A stretch of 64,000 nt of DNA from the human T2T-CHM13v2.0 reference genome, Homo sapiens (GCF_009914755.1 NC_060928.1); one strand, 5' to 3'. Shown: positions 1 through 14,951, counted from the first letter of the stretch. Numbers and translations: made by a program. The notes: a model not told the origin generated them from the sequence alone.

Positions 1-699
1 GCCACCCAGGACAGCTCCAAAGCAGTGAAAAATGAGGAGAAAAAAAGATGAGGAAAACAACTCAGTGGCAGAAATTGGGTGCCAGTCAGCTGGTTATTTA
101 CTGAGTCTACGCCCAGTGTGTCTTCGTAGGTGTGTTTGTTTCAAATCCAGGCAGTGACGCATGGTTACAGTGAAGATCTGCCTGCTCACCTCCTGCAGGG
201 GAACTTAATATGCACAAGGCGTTTTATCTCTTTCATCTAATCAACTGAAGAACGAGAGGAGCATACTCTCATTTGAGGTACAACCCTCAAAGAAAAATGC
301 ATCAGACCTTTGTCTTCAAAGTCACTGGGGCAGGATGGAGAGAGGCTGTCAATTGCTCCAGCTTTTCTTGCAGCTGCCCCTATGTTTACAGCAGAGCCCT
401 GAAGGGTCTGATCGACACTGTTAAGCAGTTTCTGTGTTTTGTCTGCCCACCAGGCTATTCGCTTTCCCAGAGTGTCAGTGTTTACCAGCACTTCAGCAGG
501 AGGGCACTGGGTCTGCCCCTGGTTATCCCCCAGAACATTCCTTCCTCTCTGCTTGGCTCTCCCTCCGCATAGTCGTCCTGTGGAACACAGATGCCAATGG
601 GAACACCGGAAAAGGGATGGTTAAGGAGCTCTTTGGGCTCACAGGCCACAGCTGCAGGAGAGCTGAGACTCCTCAAACAGATGAGAGGCAGTCGAGCAA

Positions 700-905
700 A
701 GTGGTTAAGAACTTCAGCTGCGGAGGCAAACTGCCTTGCCTGGAATCCTGGGTCTCTGCTGACTAGATGTGTGACCCTCAGCAAGTTGCTTAACCTCTTT
801 GTGCCCCGGTTTCTGGGAGATGAATATAATAATAGTATTTCTCTCATAGGCTTGTTGTGAGGTTTAAATGAGTTAATGCAGGTAAATTACTTAGAACGTT
901 ACCTG
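700..905 (+). mobile_element. MIR SINE fragment
   Basis: Core motifs tgtgtgaccctcagcaagttgcttaacctct and ttgttgtgaggtttaaatgagttaat. Confidence 0.75.
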
Positions 906-1062
906 GTGTTATGGTCTGAATGTTTGTGTTTCCCCAAAATTCATATGTTGAAATCTAATCACCAAGATGATGGTATTTGAAGCTGGGATCTTTGGGAGGT
1001 GATTAGGTCATAAGGACAGGGCCATCATGAATGGGATTAGTGCCCTTTGAAAGAAGACCCCA

Positions 1063-1658
<596 letters not shown>

Positions 1659-2082
1659 AGACTCCAGAGGGCTAGCTAGCCCCTTCCACCATATAAGGAC
1701 ACAGCAAGAAGGTATCATCTGTGGCCAAGGAAACAGGCCCTCACCAAATACGAAATCTGCAGGCACTTTGATCTTGGACTTCCCAGCCACCAGAACTGTG
1801 AGAAATAAATTTCTGTCATTTACAAGCCACCTGGTCTATGGTATTTTGTTATAGCAGCCCAGGCTGACTAAGACAAATGGCACAAAGTTTTACCTACTGT
1901 TATTATCTCAGCTTCCCCTATCAGGCAGTTCCTGATTTAAACACCAAGAAATGCCCACTTGTACTTATCACCCTAAACTTCACCAGCAGTAAGAAGACCC
2001 CCATCACGGAAAATTAAGCATCCCTGTCTCACCCTCTCAGATCCATAATGAAGAGAGCTGGACTTTTAAAGTAATTGTCCTT

Positions 2083-2555
<473 letters not shown>

Positions 2556-3109
2556 TTAAATTAAAATTAAAAATTAAAAATAAGTAAATAAATAAAGTAA
2601 TTGTCCTTGGATACTAGGGGAGAAATGCTTGAGGGATGTTTTCCCTCTGGTGGGAAATTGAAAAGTGCTCCTCTTCCAGGACTCAAAGTTGGCCATCACC
2701 CCACTTGTGTTGTTATCTCATCAGGCCTTTGGGGGCTCAGCTGGCACTGTTGAGGGACTGCTAAAAATGCCCGATAGGTCAAAGCAGGTCCTGCGGCTGG
2801 AAGACTCACACTTTAAAGGAGATAAGACATTCATTCATAGGGAGCAGTCAGATAATACAGAAGGCAGCCTCTGATCAAGCTTCCCCAATGTGTGGTTGAG
2901 AGCGGGGTGCTCAGGTGCTCAGGAGAGAGAGAGGTCAGTGCAAACAGCTCAGCCCCGCTAATCTCAACATTTGCCCTTCAGACCTCTTTCTCAGGGATAA
3001 TAAGGTTTTCTCTTATTTTCTTCTCCTCCTCCTCTTTCTTCTAGAATTTATTTGCCATATGTTTCAGAGAAAAACTCAGAATATTGAGGCTGGATAAGAG
3101 CTTAAAGTG

Positions 3110-3297
3110 ACTTTTCTCGAAGTGTGGTCGTCAGACTCCCTGCTTGAGAATTATCTGGAGTGTTCATTAAAACTGCTGATTCCTGGGCCAAACCCTGGGC
3201 TACTGAATTAGACTCTGGGGCAGGGGGTGCACTGGGACTCCGCATTTTTAAGAAGTTTCATAGATGCTTTTTATGCACACTTTAGCATGAGAACTGT
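3110..3297. mobile_element. MER5-type hAT-Charlie MITE
   Basis: ttctcgaagtgtggtc...gattcctgggcca...tactgaattagactctgggg...gcatttttaagaagtt. Confidence 0.65.
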
Positions 3298-3396
3298 TGA
3301 TGTGGAAGTAATTTAGCTTATTTTGCCAATGGGGAAACTGAGGCCCAGAGAAATGAAACTGCTTTCCCAAAGCCACCCAGCTAGTTAGTGGCAGAA

Positions 3397-3447
3397 GCAA
3401 AAGCCCATAGGAGAGGAAATGCAAAAGCCCATAGGAGAGGAAATGCA
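3397..3447. repeat. Perfect 24-bp tandem duplication
   Basis: gcaaaagcccataggagaggaaat x2 plus gca. Confidence 0.95.
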
Positions 3448-4650
3448 GGAATGTTCTTATTGCAGAGAGGGCTTAAGGCTTTCTGGATGTGAAACCTTCA
3501 CAGACAAGCAAATATTGAGTTCCATTTCCTCTCCAGCTGGCATATAGTCCTGGCTACAGCAATGTGGGACTTATTGCCATATTTTACAACAGACATAAAT
3601 CCTGCATTTCCAAATAAAATTAGAACCTAGTTTATGCCCAATGAAAATAAATTAATTTTAATGAGAATCTCACTTATAGTGTTTACAGATTTTTGCATGT
3701 TTCATTTGGTAATTTAATACTATTTTACCTTGAGTGTTGATATTAAGTTGATGAAGTGGCTTTTAAGACAATAAAGAAAAGACCATAAATATAACTGTTT
3801 CCTAGCCTTTTAAACTTCAAAATAGTTACTAATTATAACACAAAACTAGGTAAAGCAGCAAATGATAGAGAGATGGGAAAATGGCAGAGGTAAAGGGGGA
3901 AGATGGGAAACGTACAGCTACAGAGCGGATATCTGTATATCTGACCCCAAACTCATGATGTCTGATAAAGAGGCACTGAGGCCATGCATTTTTCTTCATA
4001 TTGCAAGTAGCTCGAGGCCAGATTCTATGGCTTCTGTCTTCTTTAGGCTGTCCCTCAACACTAAGTTCGGTCTTCTGTAAACACTCAAAATGTGTTGCAT
4101 GAACAGGAGAAGAAGCTGATAAAGATGGAATAGTGAGAAAGGGGGTATATGAGGATATGTGAGGGTGAGAAAAGGAAAATTAAATCAAGAAGTGGAGGAA
4201 GCCTGTGTCTAACTCTCCTTTATGGGACTGGTGTATTTAGAAGGGGATCAAGTGTCACAGAGGAGAGTGGCATGGTTTGGCAGGAAGGCCACAGGAAGTC
4301 CAAGGAAACATCAATGCTTGTAGGGCAAATACAGGAAGCTAGAGTAATGAAATTTAAAGCTGGGGTATATAAGAAACCACCTATCCAGCTTTATATCTGT
4401 CATTGAGCAAATCACCAAACCATCTAAGATAAATAGCTTTCTGTTCTAATTTCATTCATTAGTGTTTCATTTGTTCAGATTCAATTATTCCAAAAATATT
4501 TGTTGCTTTCTAAAAATAGTGATAAGAATGACTGTCATTTATAGCGTGCCTATTTTATGCCATTACCCCATTACACAGATGAGGACCGAGGCTCAGGGAA
4601 GCTGGGTAACTCACCCAAAGTTACAGAGCTGCGATTCAACCCCAAGCCTG

Positions 4651-4687
4651 CTCCATCCCAGACTCTCCTCCATCCCAGACTCTCCTC
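4651..4687. repeat. Perfect 17-bp tandem duplication
   Basis: ctccatcccagactctc x2 plus ctc. Confidence 0.9.
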
Positions 4688-5024
4688 TGAGTTGCTGTAG
4701 TGTCGCCTAAAGTCAGCCCTTAACTCAGGCACGCTCAGGTGGAGCTTCTGCAAACTCCCCCATGGTCTCTTCCATCACTTACTTCCTCAGGGGGAGCTAA
4801 TTCTGGCCCCAGCTCTGCCACACATGTGCTGTGTGGTCTTGGCCAAGGCGGGGACTGGACTAGGCGATTGCTGAGATTCCTTGCTCCTCTAAAATTCTGT
4901 ATGTCTATTACTGGCTACTGTCATTCCTCTCAGTCAGGAGCACATTCTCTCTAGACCTTGGCTGTCTCCTGTAGTAGTAAAATAAGCCATTGCCCACCCA
5001 GTAGTTCTCCTTCTCTCTCTCTAT

Positions 5025-5323
5025 TTTTTTTTTTTTTTTGAGACGGAGTCTTGCTCTATCAGCCAGGCCAGAGTGCAATGGCGTGATCTCAGCTCACTGC
5101 AACCTCCGCCTCCCAGGTTCAAGCATTTTCTCCTGCCTCAGCCTCCCAGGTAGCTGGGACTACAGACCCGCGCCACCATGCCCAGCTAGTTTTTGCATTT
5201 GTTAGTAGAAATGGGGTTTCACCATGTTAGCCAGGCTGGTCTCAAACTCCTGGCCTCAAGTGATCTGCCCATCTCGGCCTCCCAAAGTGCTGGGATTATA
5301 GGGGAGAGCCACGGCGCCCGGTC
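5025..5323 (-). mobile_element. AluS
   Basis: Poly-T followed by reverse-complement Alu dimer. Confidence 0.9.
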
Positions 5324-5329
5324 CATTAT

Positions 5330-5648
5330 TCTTTAGTAACAGAATCCCTGACTTTAAGGTAGCAATGTACCTCCTAAAAGGCCACATTTTCCAGCTTTCC
5401 TGGAAGTAAATGCACCCTTTTCTAAATTTTGGCCAGTGAGTTGTAAGTGGATCAGAGTTTTCGGAGAGTTCATTTCACCTTCCCCCTTCTTCCTTCCTGC
5501 TGCCAGGAAGGAAGTTTTGATGACTACCAAAGGAGAATTTGAAGATGGAACCCACATGCTAACAACGGCGGCACAGAGAGAGGGAGCATGATTCTCAGAT
5601 GACCGCGGAGGTGGCCTACCCGCCCTGGACTTTCTGTCTTTGAACTGC
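5330..5648 (+). mobile_element. Old MaLR LTR fragment (MLT1J-like)
   Basis: acattttccagctttcc...tttggccagtgagttgtaagtgga...ttcttccttcctgctgcc motifs; highly diverged. Confidence 0.5.
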
Positions 5649-5651
5649 TGG

Positions 5652-5968
5652 TTTTCTTTTGTTTTGTTTCTGAGATAGGGTCTCACTGTGTTGCCCAGGC
5701 TGGAGTTTAGTGGCATAATCAGGGCTCACTGCAGACTTGCTTCTTGAGCTCAAGCAATCCTCCCACCTCAGCCTCCAGAGTAGCTGGGACTACAGGCACA
5801 TGTGACCATGCCCAGCTAATTAAAAAAAAAAACTATAGAGAGGAGGAGTGGGGGTGAGGATTTTACTATGTTGCCCAGGGTAGTCTTGAACTCCTGGGAT
5901 CAAGTGATCCTCACTCGTCAGCCTCCCAGGGTGTTGAGATTACAGGCATGAGCCGCTGAGCTCAGCCC
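5652..5968 (-). mobile_element. AluJ-like
   Basis: Reverse Alu with gctcaagcaatcctcccacctcagcc diagnostic. Confidence 0.85.
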
Positions 5969-6967
5969 CAAACTGCTTTCATGTGGGAGAAAAATAAACC
6001 CTTAGATATTAGGTCTTTATCCTTTTGGATTTTTTTTTCTACATGAAGGCAAACTAATTCTTATGGATACATCTTCAAACTCTTCATTCTTTATTTTTCT
6101 GGCTGTAATATTTCCCTTAAACTGTGGTGGTAAATTTGTTATGGCCTGCTGGACAAATTGATAACCTGCTGGCACCTCCAAGTGAATATGTACAGTGCCG
6201 GATTCATAATCACCCCTGGGAAACTGTTTCCCCTGTGTTCCCTGTTGCTGTAAATGGCAACGCCACTTTACCTGTCACTAGTGATTAAAAACCCGGTGTT
6301 ATCTTTCATCCTCTTATTCATTCAGTTACCAAACCTTTCAGATTCTCCGTTCATTAATCTAACATTTTAAGAGCATATTATCTCAAGAGATGATTGATGC
6401 TGAGGATACAAGAATAAGCCAAACAGATATTTACCCCTTGTCAGGAAGCTTACAATCAAGACAGGCATTACTTAAATAATCATGCAAACAATTGTAAAAT
6501 TGCCACTGGGTCAAGTGCTACAAAGAAAAGGTACTGAGAATACACACTGAGCTAAAATCTGAAGGATGAATGGAACCTAACATGGTAGAGAGTAGGGAAG
6601 GCAGTCACACTTCAGGCAGAGTAAACAGCAGGTGAGAAGGAAAGGGCTGATATACTCCATGAGTGAAAAGAAGGCTGTTGGCTGAAGCTCTAGGAGCCAA
6701 AGAAGCAAAGGCACGATGCAGACCGTGCTGACTTTGAGCTTCCTTTCAAACCAATGGGAAGCCATTTGAAAGGTTTTAAGCAGCAAAGGGAGGGCTGGCA
6801 GTGACCTGATCACTCTACACTGCCCTTCCTCTTTCTTTCCTCCTCTTTTCTTGATTCCCCCTGCTGCTGCGCTCATTTTCTCTCCCCTGCCTTCTCTTCC
6901 TGAACTCCCCCTCCACAGGCTGGGGATCATTCTTCAAATCCCAGTGTTGATCATTTGACTCCCATTA

Positions 6968-7520
6968 TTTGTTTTGTTGTTGTTGTTGTTTACACATGAA
7001 GCCAATTTATTAACAGACAATATTTTGAGGACTCCTGCTCCCAGGCGGTGACCATGGCAATCCTCCTTCCTCTAGTGCTGTCGGAAGGGAATGGGAGTGA
7101 CATCCTCGATCTGCCCCGATCTTCATCCCCAAGCAGGCAAGTGTTCTGAGGGCTGACTGGGCCCTAGGTCCAGGGTGCTTGGTCCTATTTCCTGCTGTGG
7201 CCTGGAGTTTGCAAATGTGTAGGGCAGTAATGCCCCAGCTCCTTGCACTGCTGGGCCACCTCCTGGGCAGCCGACATGGCAGTGTGTGGTGAGGATTCAT
7301 CCTGTCAGCTTTCATCTTCATCCTGGCAGCCACATGGCAGGTAGTTCCCTTGCCAGAAACATCAGTGACATGGACAAAGGTGTCATTGAAGGAGACAAAG
7401 ATGTGGCAGGCACCAAATACATTCTCTCCTTCAACCACCTGAGGTCCGAGGCTGATGACCTGTTCTTCCTTTTTCTTCTTCCTCTTGGAAGGACCATTTC
7501 TGTGCACTGTCTCCAGACTA
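6968..7520 (-). pseudogene. RPS14P6: Processed pseudogene of 40S ribosomal protein S14 (possibly RPS14P6)
   Basis: Intronless [38 protein letters not shown]...GITALH...GPRAQSALR matching RPS14/uS11, with frameshifts. ATG at 7497-7495, RPS14-like 3' UTR with AATAAA (7006-7011), and a decayed A/(CAA)n tail at 6968-6990. The paralog number is from memory. Confidence 0.92.
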
Positions 7521-8129
7521 CATAAGGGGAAGAGGATCCATTCTTAAAAGCCTCCACAAGCTCCTCACTTCCTACTAAATGCAATCCAACTTGCCAAACC
7601 AGAGTTCAAGGGCTCTTCAAGGAGGCCCTAGCCACCGGTGCAGCCTTCATTGCCTGCCACTCCCCCTATGCACCCTAAGTGCGGCAGCCAAGCCGTGCAG
7701 TCCTGCGCTTTCTGACTCACACCTTCCTCACACCCTCCCCAGGGCAGGAATGCCATTTTCTTGAAGGGCCTTTTGTCCTTTAAGACCCAGCTCAAACTCA
7801 ACTGCTCTTTCCAACCCAGAGCCATCCATCCCTTCTTCCTGTGTCTGAGCACTGTAAATGCTCCTCGTGGGGAACCTGCTACTCTGTGTTTGGGCAGAAG
7901 CCTTATCTCCCGAATCAACTTGTTGACAGGAGGATCCTGGCTTCCTTTTTGTACCCAAGAGGGCTCACTGTGCCCTACTTAGACAAGGGGCTTAGGAAAT
8001 GTCAACTGAAGCAACAAATGAATGACACTCAAATAAGTGGGTGAATAGTATCCAGGGTCACACTTGGCACAATTCTTTTGCAGTTGATGTCCACGATATA
8101 TCTTCAACATGATGCTGGTAACATGCAGG

Positions 8130-8345
8130 CTGATGTGGGACACAGACTACCTGTGTTCAACTCTCAGCTTGTCCACAAGCTACCTGTGTGACCATGGACA
8201 AGTTGCCTCATTTCTCTGTGCCCCAGTTTCCCTATCTGCAAAATGGGGGCAATAGTTTACCAGTGTCCTGCGGAGTTAAGCAAATTAATTCACATGAGGC
8301 ACTTAGAAAAGTGCCAGTCATGGAGTGAGTACTCAATAAAAGTCT
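8130..8345 (+). mobile_element. MIR SINE
   Basis: ctgtgtgaccatggacaagtt...ctctgtgccccagtttccctatctgcaaaatgggg...agtactcaataaa. Confidence 0.75.
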
Positions 8346-10692
8346 TCATCATCATCTCATCATTCCTGCTTAGAATGACTCTCACTGTAGGAGAATGCCT
8401 GCTGTGACCCAGTGACCTACAAAATAACACTTGGTCTCAGACTTCGGGGCAGCACGAACTATCAACCGTCTAGGAGGGAGCCACCCAGCAACTCTCTATC
8501 TTAAAAAAATGCACCTGTCACGTCCTCCGTCTTGTCCCACAGACTTCCAGTTTGTGCTTTTTCAGCTACTGGACTGTGAACTCCTCAAGTGCAGAGACTG
8601 CAATAGTAACAACCAGCATGACAGAATCCTAACCACACTCTAGGCACTCTCAATAGATACGAGCATTCGTATCTATTAACTCAAGTCGTTTTTCCAAAAG
8701 TCTTGTGGGGGACCTGGGGCACCAAGAAGTTAGGTAACCTGTCCAGAGGCACAGAAGCAGCTTTAAACCCAGACAGTCTGGCTCCAGGGGCCATTGGCTT
8801 TTCTGCAATATCTCACCTCCTCTGTGCCTGGTGCATAGTAGGCACTCAGGAAAATGTTTCCTGAATAAGTGAATCCCAGTGGCATCTTGAGGGAAGCCTT
8901 CTAGTATTTTCTCTGTCCAGGATTTCTGACTAGCTTCCTCTCCCACTGACCCTTCCACTGCAGCTGATAAATGCTCCCTCTCTTTTCAGGAAACCATTGC
9001 ATGCTCCCTCTGGGCTGCTGGAGGAAGTCATCCTGTGTAACTCCACGCTGTGGTCCATTTCCAGACCCTTCTCACTTTCTCTTTCTTAGAAAGAGATAGG
9101 TGGAGACTCCAACACACTCCTCAAAATGAAAATTGCTTTGCTAGGCTGGTGGAATTCAAAATGGTTTTTTAAAAAATTTAACTGGATTTTATTTGCAATA
9201 TACATTTTTTTACTCTGTGAAATATGTATATGTTAATTGTAGAAATTATAGCAACTACAGAAGTATACAAGGAAAGGAATTTAAAATGGAGGTTAGTTTT
9301 GCTCTTTACTCAAAATATTCTTTCATGTTAAATGATCCTTACAGCAAAAACATGAAAAGAATCTAAGTGATTAGACATTATGCATTATGGGAAGAAAAAA
9401 TGTTTCCAGTTCTGCCTTGTTCCCATTTAGCTTCTCAGGGTCTTGACAACTGCCTTAACATCCTCCTCTCCTGCCCTAACTGGTGAATTGAGCCACAAGG
9501 TGAATACAGAGGCCCAGAAAGTTCCCTGATTCTCCCATAGTTTCCAAAGGGAAATGGGCAGAGTGTTCAGCCTGGATTAAAGGAATGCATGCAGAAAAAA
9601 CCTGTACCTTCCATACCAAGAAGCAAATCTTTGAGGGTTTTCTACCTCCCCTTTCAGGATCCTTTCTCTTTCCTACAAAAAACGGTGCTGGTCACATACA
9701 CCACAATATATTTTGTTCAGTTTTGCAAATGATTTTCAAGCAACATTTATGCTGTAAGAATATTAGACCTAAAATTAGGATTTTTCTGTTTTGGTTCTTA
9801 ATATTTCTTCTTTGGTTAATAAAAACGTATTCACCCTATTTTTTTTAAAAAAAAACATATACTACAAGGCAATATGTATGTGTTGTAGAACATTTGGAAA
9901 ATATTAAAAATGCACAAAGAAGGAAATGAAAAGCATTAGTAAAGCCACCATCCAGAGAACCTGGCTCATTCTCAACTTCTGACTCTCTAGATGTGGATAA
10001 GTAAGTACAGAGGGAAAGAAACATGTGCATGGTGGATACCTCTGCATTTGGCTGCTCCCGAGTGCCCGGCATCTGTTCCTAGCACTCTGATTCCCTTTAG
10101 AAACTGCTTTCCCCTGTATCTCCTCCCCACTGCCAACCACCTAACCACCCACCACCCACCCATCCACTCACCCACCTGCAGGAGTAGAGAAAAGTGTCAG
10201 GCCCACTCCATCCCTGTACGCATTTTTACTGGGTTAGGCATAAAACCCAGATAGTCTAATCAAATTCCTCTGGTGGTTGGGGGGGAGCTTTTAAATATTA
10301 GACCCAGGGAAGGATTTTCCCTTCTACTCTGGTGGTAAAGACAGAAGACTCCTGGAGCTCCCAGCTGCAATAATTACAGTCCTGTAGAGAAAGCTGGTCC
10401 CAGAGAATGAATGAAAGACAAAATACTGGAGAAGCCTGATGGGGTTTGAGTCCCTGGTCTCATTGTTACTCATGTCAGTTTTACCTGGTTCTGGTTGTCC
10501 CTGGAATTGGCAACTTCTTGCCCTTTCCAAGCATGATGACATGAGCCAATAAGTTTCCTTTTGGGCTGGACTAGTTTGAGTTGGACATTTTCTCACTGGA
10601 ACCAAGAGTCTTGTTTAAACAAACACACCACTATTACACATACAGAGAGACAATTAGAAGTGTATTTATTTAGTATATATATAACACTATGC

Positions 10693-10696
<4 letters not shown>

Positions 10697-10766
<70 letters not shown>
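10697..10766. repeat. Compound microsatellite (TG)n(TA)n(T)n
   Basis: About (TG)15, (TA)13, then a T run. Confidence 0.95.
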
Positions 10767-11822
10767 AATGCAAAGAAAACTGTTGGGCCTCATGTCACTG
10801 GCTCTGGATAAGGCCAAATGTATGGGTGGAGCTGCCCCCTCCCGCGGTTGACCCAGTTAGCTCCTAGCATTTTCACGGCTCTTATGGGAGTCAGCATGTG
10901 TGCCCTGATGCTGTGGGAGTGTGGGTCCAAGTTTAGGGTCTGTGATTCACACTGTCTCTCTGGAACTGGGCTTTCTAACCTAACAGGGAAACTGGGCAAT
11001 GCTGACAAAAAGAAGGTATTGGCTATCTAGTGTCCTTCCCAGCCTTGCACTCTCAGGCCACACTGACCCCTGTTCACTGTGCAGCCAGCGGCCAATAAAG
11101 GCAGACTGCATAGCTCAGCTCCGTTGTGGAAACCGCCTCTCCTCACCTCATTCCTGCCCCTTTCCAGTCTGCCTCTGTTTCCCTGTCACCTCTAATTTAT
11201 ATTCCAGATTTTGACCCCTCCCCTGCCCCTTTGGTTTTAACAACGAATCTTAGTTTTTGCTGTTTAACCCACATCCTCCCACCCTGCTTCTCTTGCTCAT
11301 GCTCTGGACGCCCCTGGAACACTGATCCTGACGTGAGTTCATGTGGCTGCTTCCTTAGAATCTTCATCTCAGTTGCCGGAAGGCAGAGGGTCTAACAGTA
11401 CAAGCCAAGAGGAAGGATGGGGTTCCCTTAGGAATGGGACAGGGTGGGTTATGAACAGAAAGGCACCTTCATGCCAGGTAAAAAGCAATCAATTGGCACT
11501 TGTAACAAGATGGAGGTATTTCTGCATGGATTTCATGGAGTTAAGAGGTAAGTGGGTCTTAGCCCATTAACTGGCTTAGTTGGTCTCAGTGACATTCAGA
11601 GGTGCTGGGGAACATCTCAGGAAGGATTTACAGTGCCTCTTATTTTGTGAATCTGTCTTCCTGCCCAGAGAAGAAACAATCCTTCTCTGTGCTTGTATTA
11701 TCACCTAAAATAGATGCTTTCCTCTTTTTCTTAATAAAACTTGTATTTCCTTTCTCTGTGGACCCTCCAGAGGGCAAAGAAGAGAAGCTCAGATCTGGGT
11801 TGGAAAGAGCTGCTTCGAGCAT

Positions 11823-11828
11823 TTTAAT
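11823..11828 (-). terminator. Candidate distal polyadenylation signal ATTAAA
   Basis: Plus strand TTTAAT, about 9.9 kb past the stop; U-rich sequence follows on the minus strand. Confidence 0.45.
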
Positions 11829-12559
11829 GATCAGTTAGGCTCCATCCCCAGTTTTCCTTCACCTTCCAAATTGGGGCCACTTTCTCTCCACCTCCACTTG
11901 CTTGTTAGTTCAATTATGATCGTTCTCTGCTTCCTTCCATATTGGATTTAATGTAGCTAAAAATACAATACAATACACACAATAGGACAATATGAAATAA
12001 AGATAAAGAATGACATCAGGATCCATTAGATGGAAAGTGAGGAAAATGCAATTAAACCAGGAAACTTGGGAGAAAATGGTGATGGAAGATGAACAATACC
12101 ATATTTGAGTTCTGCACTCACTGATGATAAAGACTGATTAGGTACTTAAGGAAAGATGATATGTAACTCCTAGCTCATTAAATAATTGGTTTTTCTGTTA
12201 TTATGGAGCGTGCAGTAGCGCCAAGCACTTTTCAGGATACAGAGATGAGTAAGACTGATCCCTATCCTCAAGGTGCTCAGTCTAATCTGCTCCCATTTTA
12301 ACCTCATGCTTTGAGAGTAGTCATACATTTCTATGTGTCTGATCCACCTACAACCCATTCAGTCCCATGGCTCATGACTCATGTAGTTGGTAAAACTAGT
12401 TCTACCACCTACTACAGACTACTGGACCAGGGGTCTATGTCCAAGCCAAAGAGCACATAGGCACTGGGATTCAGGGAGGTCAAATATCCACAATGTTCCT
12501 TGACACGAAACTACCTAATATATTTCCTCGATATTGCATGAAGACACACCAATTTGGGC

Positions 12560-13133
12560 AGATCACATTTTCCAACGGTGCCTGCAACAAATCCCTTATT
12601 TGAGAAGAACAAATCCCACTTGCTCTTCTCATAATGTGGCTTTGACACGCCTCCAAGGACAAGTGGGGTTTATGTCCTTTCCACCTTGAACCTAGGTAGA
12701 CTTTGTAACTGTCTCAAACAATAAAGTATGGCAGAAGTGATGTGATGTGATTTCTGAGTCTAAATTATAAAAATACTATGCATTTCTACTTTGCTCTCTT
12801 GGGACACTTGCTCTTGGAACTCAGCTGCCATGCTGTGAAGAAGCCCAAGGAGTCTATGGAGAGGCCCACATCATAAAAGCCAAGGCCGCTGGACCACAGG
12901 CTTGGCTGGGCTCCTATCCGACAGCCAGAACAAACTTGCCAGCCATGTGAGTCATCTGAAAGTGGGACCCCCAGATCCAGTTGAACTGCCCAGCCAATGC
13001 CGTGTGGGAGAGAGTTGAACCATTTGCACTGAGCCTCATGCAAATTGCAGATTTGTGTGAAAAATAAATTGAGTGTTGTTGTTTTAAGCTGCTAAGTTTT
13101 GAGGTGTTTAAGCAGCAATAGACTGCTGAAACA
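12560..13133 (+). mobile_element. MLT1G/F-type MaLR LTR
   Basis: ggcagaagtga, gctgccatgctgtgaagaagcccaag, aataaat...gttgttttaagctgctaagttttg...gcagcaataga...aca. Confidence 0.75.
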
Positions 13134-13687
13134 CCCATCCAATCAGGTTTTCTCTCTTGGGAAGTGTGAACACTGGATGCCTCCAGGGGTGGGCCACTTG
13201 AGCTCAGGCTGAATCCCAAGCAATGCTGATTTTGCTGTTCTCCACACTCCTATATACATTCTAGGCTGGAGTATCCTGCAAGCCAGCACGACTATGGCTG
13301 TGAAGAGGCAACATGCCAGTCTGCTTGAATGTCTTTCCAATTCTAGCACTAAACACACCTGTCTCTAACTTGAGAGTCCCTGGACATGCCTCTCCACTGC
13401 AACCTTAAAGAGGATCATATGCTGTTTATGTCAGCTCTAGTAAGTGGGAACTTTATTTTTTCACCTAGTGACCAAACCTTTACCAGCACTTAGATTTTAA
13501 AACTAGGCTTTTTACTTATCACCCCTATTCTAAGCCCTGGCTTTTTTCTCAGCATGATAGACCATTACTTCTGGGCCTAGGGTCCTGCCTTCACTGCCTC
13601 TGTTCCTTCTTATCTCAGCCTGCAGCCTCTGTTACTTCTTATCTCAGGCTATGCTCACCTTAAGGCATCCTTGACAATGACTGAAAC

Positions 13688-13997
<310 letters not shown>

Positions 13998-14169
13998 TAA
14001 AACACTTTCCTACGGCTAGTTATTGGGGATGCAGTGCAGTGCAGTGATTAAAAACTTGTGCTTTGGAGTTGGAAAGACATGGAACAAGGTATAAGTTCTC
14101 TAAACCTACCTCATAAGTAATTACTAGGATTAAAATGAGATGATGTATGTTTAGTGTTTAGCACCTTCT

Positions 14170-14545
14170 GGCCAGGGTGGCTACCTCTTCAGATACCCAA
14201 TATTCTTCCACCACTTTGTGAGACAGAATCCCTTATTGTTGAAAGTGATAATGTACCAACCATAGAGATGACTGTTCCCTGCTGCCTTGCAGAGATTGGC
14301 CAATGAGATGTAAGCAGAGTTGCTTCACTGGGCTGGCAGGAAAGCTATTTAAAAGTGGCTGACCTACTTGGGAGGCTCACCCTTGTGCTGGTTCCCTCTC
14401 TTTCCTTCTTGTGAATATCATGCTGGAGTTACAACCACCATTTTGGATCATGTGGCAACACAGGAAAGAAGCCCTGTACTAATGAAGGTGGGGAAGAGTT
14501 AGAAGGAACTTGTGTCCTAGATGACCAGGGAGCGGCCATATGAGC
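14170..14545 (+). mobile_element. Old MaLR LTR fragment (MLT1J-like)
   Basis: tggccaatgagatgtaagcaga, ccattttggatcatg; same family signature as 5330-5648. Confidence 0.5.
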
Positions 14546-14951
14546 TCACCTTGAATCAGGAACTTAATTCCTAACTGATCCACATGATGAATGCTGGTCA
14601 AGATGCATCCTTTCCCTAACTCTGTGGGACTGCATGCTCTTTGGGTCCATGCTGTCTCCAGTCTGGCTAAGTTCTAGTTAAAACAGGGAGGAAATAGACT
14701 CTGCATCAGTTTCTAGGGGTAGATTGATGCCATAATGGACCAGGTTTAACTTTAGTTGAGACTTTTAGGAGAAATCTTCCTGCCTGTTGTTTGTCAATAA
14801 TACTGACTGGTCTTTGTGAGCCGAAAGAATAAATCCTTATTCAAGGAAGTCTTCATGTTATCTACAACTTATGAATCTGCCTTTCAGCCTTACTTTCTTC
14901 TAATATCAAGGTGTGAGATGAGGTTAAAATTAAAGGCATGAAGAAAAGTGA

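Noticed and set aside
7010-7507. 165-aa ORF as a functional RPS14 paralog
   Set aside because: GTG start out of frame with the native ATG, frameshifted middle and C-terminus; processed pseudogene hallmarks.
12374-12382. Perfect AP-1 site ATGACTCAT and other isolated TF motifs
   Set aside because: Expected by chance in 64 kb; no supporting context visible from sequence.
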